Below are positions 1-12,090 of a DNA stretch of 64,000 nucleotides, piece after piece (position 1 is the stretch's first letter; the number at the start of each line of letters is the position of its first letter). The translations under genes were made by a program, and so were the position numbers. This DNA comes from Klebsormidium nitens (Eukaryota > Plantae > Klebsormidiophyceae): positions 1 through 64,000 of the forward strand of contig DF237355.1 of the NCBI GenBank assembly GCA_000708835.1, written 5' to 3'. The notes under the pieces were generated by a model, which saw nothing but the letters and a program-made list of their open reading frames with translations, searched no databases and was not told the DNA's origin.

Positions 1-420
1 AAGACTTCGGAACGCCACCTCTAATCTACCAACCAAACGCTATCCCGCAGAACCGGGACTAGCACCAAATCTACGACTCTAACTACTGGTGGTCTTCATC
101 GTCGCCGTCGACGCCTGAACGCCACCCAAATATCTTCTCGGTCGCCGGCCGCCGCGCGAAACTCCTTCCGCGCGCGCGCGGGCTCGCGTACAGCAGGGGA
201 TGACGAAGTGGCACTGTCCGCGAGGGGGTGACTCTTGGGCAGCACAGTAGGCCGGCTTGCCCAGGCTACTACCTCGGACAAATACAATCTTCGTCGATAC
301 ATACCGTAGTGCTACGGCCCTTTCACACCAATAATAATTATTTTTGACCAGGTGTGAAAAAAAAATTAATTATTCAGAGCCAAGTGTGAAATCAAAAAAG
401 TTGCAATAAAAATAATTGAT

Positions 421-483
421 TGATAACCCCCGGGTTCGAACCGGGTCTGGCGCAAAGCCAGAAGCACCAACTGCTGGTCACCT
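421..483 (-). other. degenerate tRNA(Gln-UUG)-like fragment inside the transposon end
   Basis: Minus strand has an anticodon-like arm TCTGG-CTTTGCG-CCAGA (462-446) directly followed by a perfect T-arm CCCGG-TTCGAAC-CCGGG (445-429). There is no paired acceptor stem, so it is not a functional tRNA. Confidence 0.4.
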
Positions 484-560
484 GTTTTTTTTTTTTCTTT
501 TTTTTCTTCTTTTTTTTCTTTTTTTTTTGTTTTTTTTTCTTTTTTGTTTTATGCTTTTCT
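484..560 (+). repeat. T-rich low-complexity tract
   Basis: About 75 nt of T runs interrupted by single C/G; it generates the spurious poly-Phe ORFs 416-703 and 420-608. Confidence 0.9.
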
Positions 561-673
561 TTCAAAGCCAATTCAGAAACATTTCTTCCGGACCCCCCCC
601 CTTCCTAGGCCCCGTCTGCAAACCCCCTCCTGAACCCTACCCGCCATCCAATTTGAATCTGCAGAGAAGCTTG

Positions 674-2649
674 CTACTCCAGCTCAAAGGCATCAGCATC
701 TAGCTCCTCATCCCAATCAGCCTGCCACTCCCCCAAAACCATGTCCTCAAGCTCATCACGCTCCTCCAAACACTCTGCCATCACCTGCAGCATGGTTGCT
801 GCCCCCTCATGCTGCTCAATGATCTCCGCGTCCCCCTCAGGCCCAGCACCCAAGTCAACCTCAAGTTGCTCTCGAGCCAGCAGCCCCCTATTCAGGCACT
901 CCGAAAGCGCGCGCGACTGGAATGCAAGATCATGAATCTCGCCCATCCTGCACTTGCCCCACCCCTTCCGGATCATCTCTTTCTCCTTACAGAGATCCTC
1001 CCAGGCAACCCTAAGCCACCCCATAAACTTCTCGCGCAACTCCTTCATCCCCAATGTGACCTTCACAGCTTCACCCTCTACCCCCCCTCGATCTGAGCTG
1101 CCACCTCAGCAGCCTGCCAGGAGTTAAACTGCTGGCGGAAGCGGTGCTTGAATGGCCTCTGAAGCACCACATCTGCTGGCTGCAACTTCCCTGTGCAGTT
1201 AGCTGGAACAAACAGCACCTTCACGAGGGGGAACCTCTCTGCCATGTTCCCCAAAAACTCCGCCGACTTGTGAACTTTCCAGCAGTCCACCAACCAGATC
1301 ATCTTCTGAACAAGAGCATTCCGCCCCAACTCTGCACACTTCTTTGCATGCCAGGGAACGAGCACCCGCTCAACAAACCACATTGAGGTCTCCTGGTTTG
1401 ACCAGTGGTTTGCTGAGTGGGTCAGGTCAAAACCCTTCGCCTTTGCAATTGTTGCCTCAACCCCCTGTGGCTCAACCGCTGACGTCTTCCCCTCAAAGAC
1501 GCACTGCAAAGGCAGCACCTCCCCCCCTGCTGAAGAGCTTACGACACAGGTTATCTGCCGCTTATCCTCCTTCCCCAGAATCTTAACCTCCTTCACATTT
1601 TTCTGCTCGTAAGTGAGATCTGAGGACGGGCGCAAGTGAACTCCCGTCTGATCTGAGTTCACCACGAGCTCAGGGGGGATATTGTCCTTATAGCAAATGG
1701 CCGCAATGCGGAAGGCCATGTCATCCCCTTGCTGCTCCCAGTCATCAGGGAGCTTACTGGCGGCCGTGGTGGCCCTCCGCCAGGTCCACCCCAACCACCT
1801 ATTGGCAAACTTCCTGGAAAAGCTCCGAGAGACTTCAAACAACTGCCCCCCCTTGAGCCTCCGTTGCAACAACTCTGGGGCCAGCGCCTCAATCGTACCC
1901 CGGATGACAGACTGAATGATCGAGCTATCAACCGGCTGCCCCGCGTCTCGCATCCCTGTCAGGATTGCGAGAAGCTTCCGAAAAACCTCTGGATGACCCT
2001 TAAAGATCCCCCCAGGCTTTTCCATTTCCTTAGCCAGCCGGGCAGCCTTCTGAGCGTTAGAGCACCGCACTGCCTCTGCGTACCTTTCCCTTAGGGAGAA
2101 CTGGTTGGTTACGGGGTCCCTCTCAAACCAGGTTTTCATGCTCCCCAGCGTCAGCTTGTCATACACACTCCCCGAACGGCCAGGAACCCGAATGTGCTGC
2201 AGAGCATTGAGCGCATCATACAGACTTCTGGGGTGCTTCTTGACAGCAGCAGCAATTGGGGCCCAGAGGTCAGGGACAAACCAGTTGGTGTAGAATCCCC
2301 TGACCTTCTTTGCTGGAGGCGGTTGCGTGCCATCCCCCCCCCCATTCCCCCCGGCCGCCTCAGGAGTTGCGTCCCCCTCAACCCCTGGCACATTTGCCCT
2401 GGGAGCTTCCTCTGTCCTCTGAGGCACAAACAGGTGCTCTGGCTTGGCCTTCTTTGGCCGCCCAACTGGCCGCTTGGCTGCCAGACGACGACGCTCAAGT
2501 TCCTCCCTCTTCGCAGCAGCCTGAGCAAACCGCTCAGCGCTCCTCACAGCATCTCGTTTCCGTTGCTCCTCAAGCTCCTCCTTTGTTGCAACTTTGAAAA
2601 AGCTCGTGATGGTTGCCACAGGCCTCTTGGCGCCAACCTGAGCAGCCAT
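674..2649 (-). CDS. pogo-family (DDE_1) transposase, split by a frameshift at a G7 run (1081-1087)
   Basis: ORF 1078-2724 contains VVNSDQTG, KRQITCV, WLVDCWKVH and VPANCTGKLQPAD (37 residues between the 2nd and 3rd Asp) plus an AT-hook-like KRPVGRPKK. ORF 674-1066 (ELREKFMGWL..WGKC, acidic tail) continues it in a shifted frame. Likely ATG at 2649. Confidence 0.9.
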
Positions 2650-3222
2650 CTTTCCTACGTTCTGTACGTTCTGTTCTACCGGAACTTGTAGGTAGACTTC
2701 ATTCAAGATGGCAAAGAAGGGCAAGCTGTTGTGCAGGCCAATTTGCCTGCTTTTGGCGCGAGATTCAGTTGCCAGTGACTGGCATTCATGCCCGTCGATC
2801 TGATCAAAACCCTGCCCAATGCCGTCGATGCTGGAAAACCATCATGAAACTTTTCACACTGGACACGGCTGGTGCGAAACCTTGAAAGTTGGAAAATAAT
2901 TGCTGGAGGCCCGCTGTGAAAAAAAAAAAGTGAAAAAATAATTGTTCACGAGGAGCTGGTGTGAAAGGGTCGTGGCACTACGGTATTACGGTACCTTGGA
3001 TTAGTCCATATTCGTGGGTTGTTAGCAGGCAAGGTAACTGTTCGTTTCATGGTCGACGAGATTGTCAACCAGCCAGTCAATGTGGGTGCAATTTTGCAAA
3101 GCCCAGGACGAATTCCTACCCTGCTACATAGTGCATCTTGCAAGCGCCAGTTGTTGCTCCTGAATCTTGTCAGCGAAGCCCCATGTCTGGACCTTTGGTG
3201 ACCTTCTCTGCTGCAGAAAAAA

Positions 3223-4278
3223 ATGGCATCAGCATCTGGAAAGCGCATCACAGTCGAAGCCTGTGGGTGGGCAAGGAAGCTGTCTCACTGGTGTTGGGCT
3301 GTGCTGGGCGGTGGCGCTTCCGGAGCTGCAGCCCAAAATGTGCTGCCGATCAGCGCTGTCCTATCTGCTAGCCATGCTATCCAGCAGCTTCCGTTGTACT
3401 GCATTGGGACTTTTCAGACACCCTCTTCGATTTTTGGATGGGGAGGGACTCCGCATTTTGGAACATCAGTAAACCAAGGGCAGATTACACCTGCTGCAGT
3501 GGTAGATTCTGGTGGCCATTTGAAGCAGGAAAGGGGGGAAATTCTTGAAAAGAGGGCAAATGAAGTTCCTCCTGCAGAACCTGTGTTAGTGAGTACGTCG
3601 GAAAGCCAAGTCAAGTTTTGCCCAAGTTGTCATCATTCCAAGCTGTGGGTCGATTTTGAGAAAACAGTCACGAGTATGGACGGGCAGACAGACATCTGCC
3701 GAGCATGCTTGGCTGTCTTGCGAGCAATGATTATGCAGAAAGAGCTGCATCATCTGAGGTTGAGTGCGACGGAAGCATGGGAGAAGGCCAAGGCTTGTAC
3801 GAAATGTGGGCTCACAAAGGAGTTGAGGGATTTTGCAAGGTCCTCTAAAGGCAAGCATCAGACGCATGTTTATTGCAGGGCATGCATTTCTGTATTAAAT
3901 CATGCCCGACCGCGGTATGCTCCAACTGACCAGGACCTGCGGTGCACTGTGTGCCGTGAGGTCAAAGCTGCCAATCAGTTTCGTCTATCCCCAGTATGTT
4001 TGACTGGGCGTTCGCCAACTTGCGCAAGTTGCAGCAAGACAATGGATATGCTCATGAGACAAAAAAGGGCAAAGGCAAGGATATACGTTCAGAGAGAAAC
4101 GAAGAAATGTACTGCCTGTGGCCAGCATAAACCAGTGTCCGAGTTCTACACCTGGGCCGGAGCGATGGATGGGTTGCAATCTTTATGTGGCGCATGTACA
4201 CATCTTGATAAGAAGAAGCGGTCCAACTTACGCAAAGTGAAAGAGGGTTGCAAAAATCAGGATTCAATTCAGCATTAA
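3223..4278 (+). CDS. protein with four C-x2-C-x3-K-x4-F-x13-C-x2-C zinc-finger repeats
   Basis: 351-aa open frame starting at AAAATGGC. Repeats: CPSCHHSK..F..DGQTDICRAC, CTKCGLTK..F..CRAC, CTVCREVK..F..CASC, CTACGQHKPVSEFY..DGLQSLCGAC. Basic C-terminus. The start codon is not certain. Confidence 0.75.
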   Translation: MASASGKRITVEACGWARKLSHWCWAVLGGGASGAAAQNVLPISAVLSASHAIQQLPLYCIGTFQTPSSIFGWGGTPHFGTSVNQGQITPAAVVDSGGHLKQERGEILEKRANEVPPAEPVLVSTSESQVKFCPSCHHSKLWVDFEKTVTSMDGQTDICRACLAVLRAMIMQKELHHLRLSATEAWEKAKACTKCGLTKELRDFARSSKGKHQTHVYCRACISVLNHARPRYAPTDQDLRCTVCREVKAANQFRLSPVCLTGRSPTCASCSKTMDMLMRQKRAKARIYVQRETKKCTACGQHKPVSEFYTWAGAMDGLQSLCGACTHLDKKKRSNLRKVKEGCKNQDSIQH

Positions 4279-5785
4279 TATTGGGGAGCGTCAGCTCCAC
4301 CTCGCCTTGAACGGCGCTTCCTAGTTGAGCAAGTGGATCCTTGGGGCCTGAATGAGATTTGAAAGGTCCAGAAGGTATCGAGGGCTGGGCTGGACTCGAC
4401 TGTGTGGAGGGCTTACTTTAATGTTGAGCTCTGTTGAACTTCCGCATCAGCAGTCGCTGGCAGTGCAGTCTTAGTGCGGTGGAGATTGTAGACGTCAGGC
4501 GCAATTTCCCGCGGCTCTTCCAATTTCCTCTTGATAGGACATTACGAATTTAAGACATCAGCGTCATTTTCACGTTGTCCTAGGTGAGCACAAAACTTGA
4601 ATACGCCTTGATTGTTTCCTCGTTGCTTCAGGTTCTTTAGCAAGCTCTTTGCTTTCACAATATTGCATTGAGGGTTTACGGAGTGTTGCAGTATTCCCCT
4701 GGCAATCGTACATAAGTAGATGTTGGCAGCTGAGAGAATACGGCACATAAGCACATGATAAAGACAAAAACACGTGATACATACCTCCTGCAGTGGCTAT
4801 TCAGCGTATTGGATTCGAGGATATGTTGCATAGCTAGACCGCTTCAAGCAGGCGTTCAGATCTAGCACAGAGCTTGTTCATACTTAAAGCTCCTTGTGCT
4901 TACCGCAAGCGCTCCAAGTCATCAAGCAGAAGTAGGCTAAGGAAGTGAACAAGCTTGATGACAAAGTACACTATGAAAGCAATTTCGTTGCATCAATCCG
5001 AATCTCGACGGAGCTCTGCATGATCCAATCTCACTAAAAGTTTGCTTGAATTATAGATGTTACATGTGTAGTTAGGTCCAACTGTAAAGCGGACCATCAC
5101 AATGCAATGTTTTCTAACTTGAAGTGTGTTCCAAAGTTCAATGCCGACAAAACAAGGATCGATAAGGGCAAGCTGCGTCGATGGTGGTAACTTAGAAGAA
5201 GACAATAAGCGGGACGGTCTCTAGAGTTCACTGACGTATGCGCGGTTGGCCGGGCATGCGCATGCTCGAGTTACAGGATACATATAACCTCATGGTGTTC
5301 AAAGTATGAACATGAATGCAGGTCCATGTACGTGCAGTTTTGCAATCACACAGCTCATATCGAGCATGTTCATGATCGGATGTAATTGCAACTTATTTAT
5401 AGAGCTAGCACGGCAGCTATATACAAAAAGAACAAAATGTGTCTGATGATGGACGATCGTGATGGCGACTTCATCTGGCACACAACAAAACAGTGCACGC
5501 TTCATGCCCAAAATACATACTAAAATAAGAGCATGTAGAGTTTTCGATCTCGGTATTGGGGCCACTTACAATGATCAGGGGGGTTGAGAACAAGATTCTA
5601 ACAAGGATAATCGGCCTCATTAGACAGTTTAATCCGTTAAGGAAGCTCAAGGTAGGTTCACTAAGGGGATTCAAGAACGTCAAGCTAGCATCTGCACAGA
5701 TTCTTATCCAATTGGGCAAGACTGCAATTTAGTTACTGATCTTTGCGAGCAATTGCGTGGGGCCTAGTTGAAGCTTTTGATTCAT

Positions 5786-8700
5786 CTACTCAGGATCTAC
5801 GAGCTCCCCTCGGATGCTTCCATCCTGTTGTGTCGATCGATGCAGCATGTACTTGACGACCTCATAGAAGGACACCACGATACCCACAGACGGGCCCGCA
5901 CGGCCCATCCTTGGTCCCGCACCAGTAAAAAGACCACGGATGCCTTCTCGCCTGCAAATACGGCCCCAATTGTGTCAAGGCCTCGATTAACAGGCCCGAT
6001 GACGTCTAGGCAGGCTTTGAGGTGCATCCATGCTTCTGCAAAGTTGACCGCCTGATTCTCATTCGGCAACCTAGGAGACCCGTATCCAGACTCGTTTAAG
6101 CAAGTCGCTCAACGGACGATTGAAACACCCAAAAGCCCATCCGACGATTGGATGGGTGTCTAGGAGCGCAAGACCACTTAAGCGACCATATATAGCAGAG
6201 CTCTCGTGATTGCTGGAATCGTAGCATACGCGGAAGAAGCCAAAAACCAGACGACGGAGCGTTAAGAGGCTAGAGCCCTCACCTATACACCTGCTTCAGC
6301 GTTTGCCACGTGTTCATCTTCCGCGCCTGCTCAGGATCCATCTGCAAGACGAGAAGCGGCTGTCAAAAGCACTGTTACCTTGGCGGCAAGCACGATGATT
6401 GATTTCAAGTGTGACGCGACTTCTGCCGCCATACTAAGAAGGGCGTGACGCAAGCCAGTAACCACGCAGCCTCGGCAAAGGGTTCCGTATCCAAGATACA
6501 TACGGTGTAGACGCGAATGTTACATGCCTCGTCGGATTCTCAATGAAGCCCAAGATCTCAAACTCGCCGCCGAAGTACAAGTCAAAGAGATATTTACACA
6601 CGTCTTCTGCAACGGCTGTGGCAGCACTGTGAGACGGGTGACCATCTTTTCGAGAACGCGATTCCTTGCATGACGGACGAGACTCCCCAGTCCCGAAGCA
6701 ACGAGCATAGACCAACTTTCAAAAGCCAACAGGACAATGTGCGTCCAGTACGTCAAACCGAGCTAGCAGCTTGGCATCGACAGCAGTGCTGACGACAGAC
6801 CGGCGGAAACGGAACCAGCTCTCTAAGAAGCACCCAACATTTTGTGGAGCGTTCTTCGACGAGATCTACTTTCAAATATAAAACCACATGGTACACGGCT
6901 TTGCCTGCATACTTGTCTGAGACAGTCCATTAATAACTGCATCCGGCTGTCAGGTCATTTCGGAATTTGTGAATCAACATCTACGTACCAGAGGCGCTAC
7001 AAAGGAGTGGAGTCGCTCCCTCGGCAGAGTGACCCGACTATACAGGGAAAGAACCACAAAGTCACAACGGCAAACGGAATGCTTCGCACTTGTCCGCTCA
7101 CCTCGATCTGCCTCAGCGTTTTGGCAACGTCCAACGGGCACGTGACCAGCCCAGCCAGCGAGCCCGCGATCAGCCCGGCCGTAAAATTGGCGGAGACAAT
7201 GGTTGCCGGCCCCGGGTCCGGTCCTCCACTGTACTCCAAAAGCTTTCGTCGAATCTGTGCGGCGAGCAGCAAACAAAGTTTTGGAAAAGAAAGAAGCACG
7301 AAAACAAAAGACAGTAAAAGCGTTCTTTGGAGGTGTTGAAAAATGTTTCGTCGTTGAACGCGGATTGGAACTCAAGACCAGGGTTCCCGTTTGGGGTCAT
7401 CCTGAAACCACTTTGAAGGCTGTCCGACAGCAATCGCGCTTCTTAATTGAAACCACGTTGAAGGTCTCAAAAGGCCTTCTAGACTGCGCGCAACTCCTGA
7501 GACTTTCAAAACATCCTCGAGCACTGAACAACTTACAAGGAAACAAACCTCACTGCAAGTCCTCATGCTCGGACTCGTCCATCGAACACGTAAAGCAATA
7601 ACGTAGTCCACTAATGATGGAAAAAGGAGAACACAGGAAGCACTGGAAACAACCAGATTCTATCTTGCCATGGTTAGTGGAAGAAAACCACGGACGAGTG
7701 TGTGACCGAGCGTAATGGAGTTCTGTTCAACGTGAGCCGCCCACAGAATCGGGTTTGCCGAGTGCCGGTTAGAGCTCAGGGTTAGCGTGGAACGCGCGTG
7801 AAGCTAGCGACGTGCTTACTGGTTCTAGAGTACCCCAGCAGATGGCCGAGAAGGGCACATCGCGAGCTAGCTGCACGCCTACCCCGGCCCAAAGCGCTCT
7901 AATCTTTAGCACTGCAAAAGACCAGTGACGGGTTAACATCTAAACAACCAGGTTGCAAAGACCTTGACCAACTTTGAAAGTTTTTGGCTCGAGAATCTAG
8001 CCTGCAAGTAAAACCGAGGTTAGGCGTGTTAGCTTTCAGAGTTATTAAAAGAAGTGCTAAAACGTACCGCTACACGTGATCCTAATTAAGTGGGGTGTTG
8101 GGTTAAATAAAACGGGTTAGTAATGGAAGTGAAGGTAACCACGGTTAGGAAAGCTGGGGTTTTGCAATCGGAAGCGGTCTTACGGGCTCCAGCAGCGACC
8201 AGCAAATCGCTGTGAAGGGGACGTCCCGCGCCATGTTGGCGCCCACGCCCGTCCATAAGACCGAAACCCTGCCAACTGTAGGAGGGAAAACTGTAGATAT
8301 TCCTGATAATGTAGCACAACCAGAGCGGTGACGTTTTCCTCCTTGAAGAAGATGAAGCAGTGAGAGTCTCGTACGATTGAGCAGGAGCAGAGCGTTGGCA
8401 TTTCGGACTCGTTGGGAAGCTAAAAGTGCGGTGCGTGCCTTTTGAGATACACACGGGGACTCATTGAGATACACACGGGGACTCAATGACAAAGAAGAGC
8501 GGGTGAGAAAAAGGATACTCTAGAAGCCATCTCAACTTCAGAGCGTTTCCTTAGAAAGAATGAGAGCGGTTTTGTTTTTGTCAAATTCGTAGGTGGCAAC
8601 GGACGAGCTCACCACCTAAGTCCGTCCTTCTGAGACGCCAACACTCTCTGCTCGACATCATCCGACGTTTGATCACCTTTTCACAATTACTTCGCTAAAA

Positions 8701-11700
8701 TCGCGAGCCGTTTCCGAAGGAGAATCCAAATAAGAGTCTCCCAACCAAGGTAAGTTCGGAAATCCCCATACTAGTTCGTCCTCTCACCGTTGCTGCCAGG
8801 ACCCTCTCGGACGCTGTGGACGGCTTCCAATAGCGTCCCGCTTATACCCTTCGGCTTTACACCGGGTCGGTCCGCCTTCTGAGCCTGAGAAGCAGCGTGG
8901 CGAGGTCAGATACGAGGCCTTCCGATGTTAAAATCAGTGAACGAAGAGTATGGACTCTTAGCCAATCATCCGTCCCGCCTAAAGTTCCACTCCTGAGATC
9001 GACGGCCAAGGTTGCTCGGTCATCATATCTGGACCGTCGATACGAGGAGCTATCAAGGAAAGAGGTCCGTGGGGCTTTGCTGGTAATTCGAGTTCATTCC
9101 CAGTCACCGCCGTGCAAACATGAGTCCTTCTTTGCTTAGAAAGATACAAGTGAGGATCGGTCAGACGCAGGTGCAATCAAAGTGTTAAGTCGTCATTGAA
9201 TCTCATAATCGGTAAAACTCGAAGGTCGAGGGTCGAAGGTCGGTCAGACAGCAAATACAGCCGCTCAAGGACGAAGTTAACGCCTCTTTCGTAGCACAGG
9301 TGTAATAGAGAGTGCAAAGACAGGGCAGAGAGGATCACGAAGAACGAGTGCTCATTTATAGCTCACCTGCATTCTCGTCCTGACGAGCTCTAAGGGGGAG
9401 CAGATGAGAACGGCCACCGATCTGGAGGCGGCCCCCGCCAAGAATGGCGCGTATGGCCCCAGCTGCGTTTCCCGCTCTAGTTTTTCCCGGAAAATGTCGT
9501 ACAGTGGCATGTAAATTCCCACCTGTGGGGATTTCAAAGGATTGGCATTCTCGAGCAATAGGGACTTTTGAACGGCAGTAGGGGATGCGGATATGGGAAC
9601 AAGGGAAGCACCATTATGGAGAGAGACCTTCGAACTGGGAAACCTGCCTCTAGTACTCGAAGCGGTTAATTCGTTCGACAGGTATCTGAGCAAAAGGGTG
9701 ACTCGTTCGACGGGCATGGCTCAGATAGAGCTAGACCGGAGCCACATCCAGCGCCCCCTTCGCTTTTAAGACAACTAGCTGCTCTCAGCCAGAGACAAGT
9801 AGCTGCTCTTAGCCATAACATGAGGCGCAAACGGACACGGATAGGCAAAAGCAGCCAGAGAAATGCGCCCCGACCAGAGAATGGTGACTATTTCCAGAGC
9901 TAGTGAGTACGAGGAGCCAACTCACCGTTGGGACGGCAATCGCTAAGCCAGCGCCCGTACCACGCCAGAGTTGGAAGAAGCCCTCCTGCAAAGCACGAGA
10001 TGAGCTTCTCAGTATAACATTCCGAGCAGGAGACCCGAGCCAAAGCCTCTTGAAATCCGTTCTTCGGATTCTGAGACAGACTCGACTGAAAAGTGAAGCG
10101 AATGCGTTGGACAATAAGTGGTCCAACTGTGCACGTTGTCTTGGCTACCTACACAATCATATTGAAACGTAGCCGAAGCCGGCGACGAGAGCCCGCAAGC
10201 GGGGAAATTATTCTGACTTTCTTAAAGCAGTCGAAGCTTAATCAAAAACCGAAACCAATCTCAACATTCGCGAGACCAACTTCGAACCGGGTCAAGAGCC
10301 CCATACTTGCCAATCAACTCTGAGGCTCAACGATCCACACAAGATGTTGACAAATATGCTTGCCTGGCGCACGACTTTGTACATGACGTCCCAAGTGCTA
10401 GTGTAGGAGTAACACTTGGGGGAACATAGTGGAGGTAGCTCTGCATTCCCCAACCGCGGACAAGCTCTCGGACAGTTCTGGTCTGCCAGCAACTGCAAGC
10501 ACCAATGCAATCGGTTCGTTGTTTGTTTGAAAAAAGCGTTCATTCAAAATCATCTCAAATCTGGATTCTGTTCAAGGGTTTGTTCCAGGTTCGATTTAAT
10601 TGAGCGCAAGATGACCGAATCGATCGGTACTGTCAGCAGACAACAAAGCTTTCGCGACATTTCTGGTCTGCCGGCAACCGCAATTTCAATCAAGGGTTAT
10701 TTGATGATCTCGAGCCAATCCCAGATTTTAAACTGCGGAAAACGATATGCCACGCATTTGTAGCCAAGCCTCTAACATGGACTACCTCAGATTGAGAGCC
10801 AACCTGATCCAGCCAGGATACACTAGAAAGACGATGCGTCAGGTCAAATGTACGTTTAGGCTTCGTGGGAATGTTACCATCCAATCAATCCAGAGCATCG
10901 GGAATCTGACAACACTCACACTTTCAATTGCTGGATTTGTGTTCCTAAAGTTCCAGGTGGGGTGGGGGTCTGGTCGCCCAGCCGCTTGTGCTTGGAGGCG
11001 TGTCTGTGACGAGTAGGAGAATATCTTGTCAGCGCAGGTGGTCATTTTAGAGGTCGAATGAGATGGTCATATCCTTCTGCGTCTGTCGTAGAACCTTGAA
11101 ATCGTCAGCTTCAGCTCAAACAGGTAAGGAGCTCACTCAGCTCACTCAGCTCGCGCCAGGACAAATCGAATTTTGATGATGTGAAAGGAGGCCTGTAAGT
11201 ACCATAATCTCGCCCATGCTGACTTTTTTTCAATATTATGACTGATTGTCAGAGGTGATAGCCAAAAAAAAGGTGCTTGTGGAGTCAGAGAGTATCTTTT
11301 TACCGACAGAGGACATCCTACACAAGTGCTGAAGCTTTTGAGGCACCACTGTCCGAATGCAGGATGTCATGGACACGTCAAGCAGACTGGCCCTGTTCCA
11401 GACGCAAACTTGACGCCAGAGCGCTGCGCAACATCAACAAGCTGACAAGCTTTCCAACAGAAGAACCCAGGCTTGCTCCTGAAATGATCCAACAAAGCCG
11501 AGCTTTCCAATTAGTAGAACCCAGGCTTGCTCTTAAATGACCCAAGAAAGCCTTTTCTCAGAAACTGAGAGAGCAACTTGCGGAGTCCAGAGTTGGTACA
11601 GAAGAAAAGTAATAGCCTGACCAAACAATCACACTCACACCAAGACGCGAGCAGCTTCTATGTTTTATGCACCACTCCCCCACGAACTTTATGTCAACCA

Positions 11701-12090
11701 ACTTAGTTAGCTGCACACTTGTCAATAGTCGTTCATTCTCACCTTGGCAACATCGAGCGGATTGACAATGATAGCTGATAGAAACGCAGCTGCTGCTGCA
11801 GATATTGCTCTCTCCTTCAATTCCAATTCCCGCACCGCTGACTGGCCCTCCAGATGTAGATTCTGTGCACTTCCATCTGAAGATCTCAGATGTGTATGAT
11901 CTCCATGCATGCTGCCACTTGTCGACGCGCCTGCTGAGGACGCTTGCCTTTCTGCTGCAAGGCTCTGAGGCAAGGATAGGTCTGGAAAGGCATGCCCTGC
12001 TTGCGTAGCATTCGCTGCTATGTTGGTAGCAAAGTGGAGGGGCGACTGGACAGCTGAGTCCTGGCAGCCTGAACTTTGGACTGCTGCCAT
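5786..12090 (-). CDS. MTM1: mitochondrial carrier family protein, MTM1/SLC25A39-40 type (about 10 exons)
   Basis: Three carrier signature repeats: NPLDVAKTRLQ, SPLELVRTRMQ, CPLDVAKTLRQ. Other motifs: CPRACPR..C..YTSTWDV, EGFFQLWRG..L.IAVPTVGIY.PLYD, LWTGVGANMARDVPF.AICW, GLFTGAGPRMGRAGPSVGIVVSFYEVVKY. Exons include 12090-11743, 7255-7102, 6341-6283 and 5951-5786 (TAG). Start ATG is tentative. Confidence 0.92.

Larger units (their letters stand above)
304..2983 (-). mobile_element. pogo/Tc1-mariner superfamily DNA transposon, 2680 bp, near-intact
   Basis: 27-bp TIRs: CCGTAGTGCTACGGCCCTTTCACACCA (304-330) vs TGGTGTGAAAGGGTCGTGGCACTACGG (2957-2983), 2 mismatches. TA dinucleotide on both flanks (302-303, 2984-2985). 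Encloses a DDE_1-type transposase. Confidence 0.93.

Noticed and set aside
416-703. Poly-Phe hydrophobic ORFs
   Set aside because: They are translations of the T-rich tract inside the transposon.
4275-5720. Possible minus-strand exons (PIKRKLEEPREIAPDVYNLH.., ILQHSVNPQCNIVK..)
   Set aside because: No recognisable family, an in-frame TAA at 4542-4544, and no consistent gene model.
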